10,561 nt of DNA, taken from contig JBDREN010000212.1 of the NCBI GenBank assembly GCA_043819795.1, positions 1-10,561 of the forward strand, written 5' to 3'. Below, piece by piece: positions 7,728 through 10,561 of the stretch. Below the pieces are notes generated by a model. That model saw only the letters and a list, made by a program, of their open reading frames with translations, was not told the DNA's origin and made no database searches. The translations under genes were made by a program, and so were the position numbers. Every line of letters begins with the position of its first letter. The first letter of the stretch is position 1. The stretch is from Elusimicrobiota bacterium. GTDB lineage: Bacteria > Elusimicrobiota > Elusimicrobia > UBA1565.

Positions 7728-7949
7728 ATGACAGACCTAATGGTGCTCGCCTCGGTACTGGCTTCGATCACCGCGCTGGTGACCCTATGGAGGCTCTGCC
7801 ACCAGCACGATGAGATGATGCAATGGGAGCAGGCGACGGTCAAGATCCTGCGCGCCGAGGTCGAGAAGATGCACAACAAGCTCGACCAGATCATCAGCAG
7901 GCAGAAAGCGCCCCCGAAGCAAGACCGCGATGTGGAGTGGAAGGACTGA
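7728..7949 (+). CDS. Small hypothetical protein with N-terminal TM helix and coiled-coil (73 aa)
   Basis: AGGAGG at 7719-7724; hydrophobic LMVLASVLASITALVTLW; heptad-like VKILRAEVEKMHNKLDQII; host-like codon usage. Confidence 0.75.
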   Translation: MTDLMVLASVLASITALVTLWRLCHQHDEMMQWEQATVKILRAEVEKMHNKLDQIISRQKAPPKQDRDVEWKD

Positions 7950-7987
7950 GGGGACGCCCGGATCTCGGGTAACCGCGACAGACCGCC

Positions 7988-9082
7988 ATGATTGACGACA
8001 AACCGTACACTTTCGACCGCGTCTTCCGCATCGCCGTCACGATCGGCGTCCTCTACGGGCTGGTGCGCCTGATGGCCCGCCTGAGCGACGTCCTGATCCC
8101 CTTCGTCGTCGCGTTCCTGCTGGCCTACCTCCTCAACCCGGTCGTGCTCTGGGTCCAAGACAAGGTGCGCAACCGCGTGGCCGCGGTATTCCTGACGCTC
8201 TCCGGGGCGGCCGCCGTCCTCGCGCTCCTGGGCGTGCTGCTCGTGCCCATGGTCATGAAGGAAGTGGGGCACATGGGCCAGCTTCTGGGACGCGTGGTGA
8301 CCGACTCGGACCTGGCCCAGCGCGCGGCCGAGAAGCTCCCCCCGAACCTCTGGGAAACGATCCGGGTCTATGCCGGAGAGGAACGCATACTCGAGCTCGT
8401 GCGCCAGCGGGACTTCTGGAGCCTCGCCCAGGCGGTGGGCCGCAAAGTCCTTCCCGGCGTCTGGGGCATCGTGGCCGGCACCACGAGCTTCCTCCTGGGC
8501 GTCATCGGCCTTTTCGTGATCGGGCTCTACCTTGTCTTCATGCTGATGGACTACCAGCGCCTCAAGACCGAGTGGAAGCAGCTCATACCGCCCTCCTGGC
8601 GCGACCCGGTACTGGGCTTCCTGCGCGAGTTCGACGCGTCCATGAGCCTTTACTTCCGGGCCCAGGCCGTGGTGGCCGGGTGCGTGGGCGCGCTCTTCGC
8701 GATCGGCTTCTCTTTGATCGGCCTGCCCATGGGAATACTCCTCGGCCTCTTCGTGGGCCTGCTCAACATGGTCCCCTACCTCCAGATGGTCGGCCTGGTC
8801 CCGGCCGGGCTCCTGGCCGTCATCATGGCCCTAGAGACGGGCGGCAGCGTGCCGGGAGCGCTGGCCCTGACCGGGCTGGTCTTCGTGGTCGTGCAGATCA
8901 TCCAGGACGCCGTGATCACGCCGAAGATCATGGGGAAGGTCACGGGCCTGAGCCCGGCCATGATCCTGCTCTCGATCTCGGTCTGGGGGAAGCTCCTCGG
9001 GATGCTGGGCCTCGTCATCGCTCTGCCCGCGACCTGCCTGATCCTGGCCTACTACCACCGCCTGCTCGCCGAAAGCTCCTGA
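7988..9082 (+). CDS. AI-2E family transporter (PerM/UPF0118)
   Basis: 364 aa; PFVVAFLLAYLLNPVV, YFRAQ, GLFVGLLNMVPYL, QIIQDAVITPKIMGKVTGLSP, WGKLLGMLGLVIALP. Confidence 0.93.
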   Translation: MIDDKPYTFDRVFRIAVTIGVLYGLVRLMARLSDVLIPFVVAFLLAYLLNPVVLWVQDKVRNRVAAVFLTLSGAAAVLALLGVLLVPMVMKEVGHMGQLLGRVVTDSDLAQRAAEKLPPNLWETIRVYAGEERILELVRQRDFWSLAQAVGRKVLPGVWGIVAGTTSFLLGVIGLFVIGLYLVFMLMDYQRLKTEWKQLIPPSWRDPVLGFLREFDASMSLYFRAQAVVAGCVGALFAIGFSLIGLPMGILLGLFVGLLNMVPYLQMVGLVPAGLLAVIMALETGGSVPGALALTGLVFVVVQIIQDAVITPKIMGKVTGLSPAMILLSISVWGKLLGMLGLVIALPATCLILAYYHRLLAESS

Positions 9083-9088
9083 CGGAAG

Positions 9089-9988
9089 ATGCGGATCGGG
9101 ATCGACATCGGCGGGACAAAGATCGAGGCCATCGCCCTGGACGGATCCGGCAAGGAGCTCGTCCGCAAGCGGGTACCCACGCCGGCCGGCGATTACGACG
9201 CCGTCCTGGCCGCGATCAAAGGCCTGGTCTCCGAGCTCGTGGAGGCGGCGGGGACGCGCCCCCTCTCGATCGGGATCGGGACCCCGGGCTCGCTCGCGCC
9301 GGCCACGGGCCTCATCCAGAACTCCAACTCCACCTGCCTCATCGGCAAGCCGCTCGACAAGGACATCTCCCGCGCGCTCGGCTGCCCGGTCGCCATGGCC
9401 AACGACGCCAACTGCTTCGCCCTGTCCGAGGCCGTCGACGGGGCGGGATCGGACGCGGAGACGGTCTTCGGCGTGATCCTGGGGACCGGCGTGGGCGGCG
9501 GCATCTCGATCGGAAAACGCGTTCTGACCGGCTGCAACGCGATCGCCGGGGAATGGGGCCACAACCCCCTGCCCTGGCCGCGCGAGGACGAGCTGCCGGG
9601 CCGGCCGTGCTACTGCGGCCAGAAGGGCTGCATCGAGACCTTCCTGTCGGGCCCCGGATTGAGCCGGGACCACGAGTCCCACACGGGGACGCGGCTGGAG
9701 GGCCGGGAGATCGCGCGGCTCGCGGACGAAGGCCGGCCGGAAGCCGCGGCCACGATGGATCGCTACGAGGACCGGCTCGCGCGCGCTTTGGTATCGGTCA
9801 TGAACGTTCTCGACCCGGACGCGATCGTCCTGGGCGGCGGCGTGTCCAACATCGCCCGCCTCTACGACAACGTCCCCCGCATCTGGAAGAAATACGTCTT
9901 CACCGACCGCCCCGTCACGCGTCTTCTCAAGGCCAAGTACGGGGACTCCAGCGGCGTGCGCGGCGCGGCCCGGCTCTGCCCGTCCTGA
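9089..9988 (+). CDS. mak: ROK-family sugar kinase, fructokinase (Mak-type)
   Basis: IGIDIGGTKIE, NDANCFALSEAVDGAG, ILGTGVGGG, GEWGHNPLPW, Zn motif CYCGQKGCIETFLSG, VLGGGVSN, GDSSGVRGAA. Confidence 0.9.
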   Translation: MRIGIDIGGTKIEAIALDGSGKELVRKRVPTPAGDYDAVLAAIKGLVSELVEAAGTRPLSIGIGTPGSLAPATGLIQNSNSTCLIGKPLDKDISRALGCPVAMANDANCFALSEAVDGAGSDAETVFGVILGTGVGGGISIGKRVLTGCNAIAGEWGHNPLPWPREDELPGRPCYCGQKGCIETFLSGPGLSRDHESHTGTRLEGREIARLADEGRPEAAATMDRYEDRLARALVSVMNVLDPDAIVLGGGVSNIARLYDNVPRIWKKYVFTDRPVTRLLKAKYGDSSGVRGAARLCPS

Positions 9989-10010
9989 CTTCCGCAAGGC
10001 TTCCTGAATC

Positions 10011-10040
10011 CTCCGCCTCTCCGACGGAGAGGCATTGGAG
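10011..10040. repeat. Palindromic repeat 1 (CCTCTCC/GGAGAGG core)
   Basis: GCCTCTCCG-A-CGGAGAGGC is a perfect inverted repeat at 10015-10033, extended by CTCC (10011-10014) / GGAG (10037-10040). Confidence 0.7.
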
Positions 10041-10068
10041 ATCGGGTGTCCCATCAACAACCGTCATG

Positions 10069-10105
10069 TCCCCTCTGCCCCGCTTCGTGGGGGAGGAGGG
10101 GGGGA
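10069..10105. repeat. Palindromic repeat 2 (degenerate, pyrimidine-rich/purine-rich halves)
   Basis: TCCCCTCTGCCCCGC-TTC-GTGGGGGAGGAGGGGGGGA forms an imperfect hairpin resembling repeat 3. Confidence 0.6.
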
Positions 10106-10163
10106 TCACCTCTCCCGCTTGCGGGAGAGGTCGCGCTGAGCGCAGCGAAGCGCGGGTGAGGGT
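10106..10163 (-). repeat. REP/BoxC-like element CCCTCACCC-(hairpin)-ACCTCTCCCGCAAGCGGGAGAGGT
   Basis: Perfect 11-bp inverted repeat ACCTCTCCCGC/GCGGGAGAGGT (10108-10131), second stem CGCGCT/AGCGCG (10132-10154), and GGGTGAGGG at 10154-10162 (CCCTCACCC on the minus strand). Confidence 0.8.
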
Positions 10164-10495
10164 CGGTTGGGCAAGGCCTCCAGAATCGCCCCCAGCACGG
10201 AATCCGTTTCCAGCAGGGCGTCGTTGTCCCAGAAGCGGAGGACCTGCCACCCCTTCGACCGCAGGAAGGCGGTCCGTCTCTTATCGTACTGTCGGCGCTC
10301 TCGATGCTGGCATCCGTCCAGCTCGACGACCAAACGGCTTTCGACGCGGCAGAAGTCCACGATGTAGGGGCCGATGGGGTGCCGGCGGCGGAATTTCCAT
10401 CCGGCCAGCCTTCGCGATCGCAGATGGCGCCAGATGCGGGCCTCGGCGTCTGTGGGGGTCCGGCGCAGACCGCGAGCGAAGTCTATCGGGTTCAT
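10106..10495 (-). CDS. DUF559 domain protein (Vsr-like / very-short-patch-repair endonuclease family)
   Basis: ARGLRRTPTDAEARIWRHLR.RRL.GWKFRR.HPIGPYIVDF....RLVVELDGCQH...YD.RRTAFL...GWQVLRFW. GAGG lies upstream of the ATG. Confidence 0.92.
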   Translation of the reverse strand: MNPIDFARGLRRTPTDAEARIWRHLRSRRLAGWKFRRRHPIGPYIVDFCRVESRLVVELDGCQHRERRQYDKRRTAFLRSKGWQVLRFWDNDALLETDSVLGAILEALPNRPSPALRCAQRDLSRKRER

Positions 10496-10540
10496 GGGCG
10501 ATGCCTCGTTACCGTATACGAGTGAACGCCTCCATGAGTT

Positions 10541-10561
10541 CCCCCCCTCACCCTGACCCTC
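10541..10561 (+). repeat. Start of a second CCCTCACCC-type element (truncated by window end)
   Basis: CCCCCCCTCACCCTGACCCTC; CCCTCACCC at 10545-10553 is the exact inverse of GGGTGAGGG at 10154-10162. Confidence 0.7.

Noticed and set aside
7492..7731. 79-aa ORF from the ORF track
   Set aside because: Its TTG start is the -35 box of a likely promoter and its codon pattern is poorer than the overlapping 7568..7720 frame.
7565..10060. Minus-strand ORFs 7565..8272 and 8831..10060
   Set aside because: Antisense to the AI-2E and mak genes, which have clear family motifs.
10011..10163. Hairpin cluster considered as a CRISPR array, tRNA or classical terminator
   Set aside because: No identical regularly spaced repeats, no cas genes, no cloverleaf or T-loop motif, and no U-tract.

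Overview
A very GC-rich bacterial chromosomal segment, diderm because it encodes an Omp85-type beta-barrel. Almost all genes are on the + strand: nadC; a clear sigma70 promoter plus leader hairpin/U-tract before greA; a tightly packed run of greA, queG, a POTRA-less Omp85/BamA-TamA family barrel, an LhgO-like FAD oxidoreductase and a polytopic membrane+TPR protein; then a second sigma70-like promoter, a probable 50-aa ORF missed by the ORF track, a 73-aa TM/coiled-coil protein, an AI-2E family transporter and a ROK-family fructokinase (mak). At the right end, a convergent DUF559 (Vsr-like endonuclease) gene sits among CCTCTCC...GGAGAGG / CCCTCACCC palindromic repeats, which is the most intriguing element (a possible repeat-associated nuclease unit). 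queG also carries an in-frame 63-bp insertion made of a direct repeat plus a hairpin. All calls come from motif recognition by eye; no searches were run.
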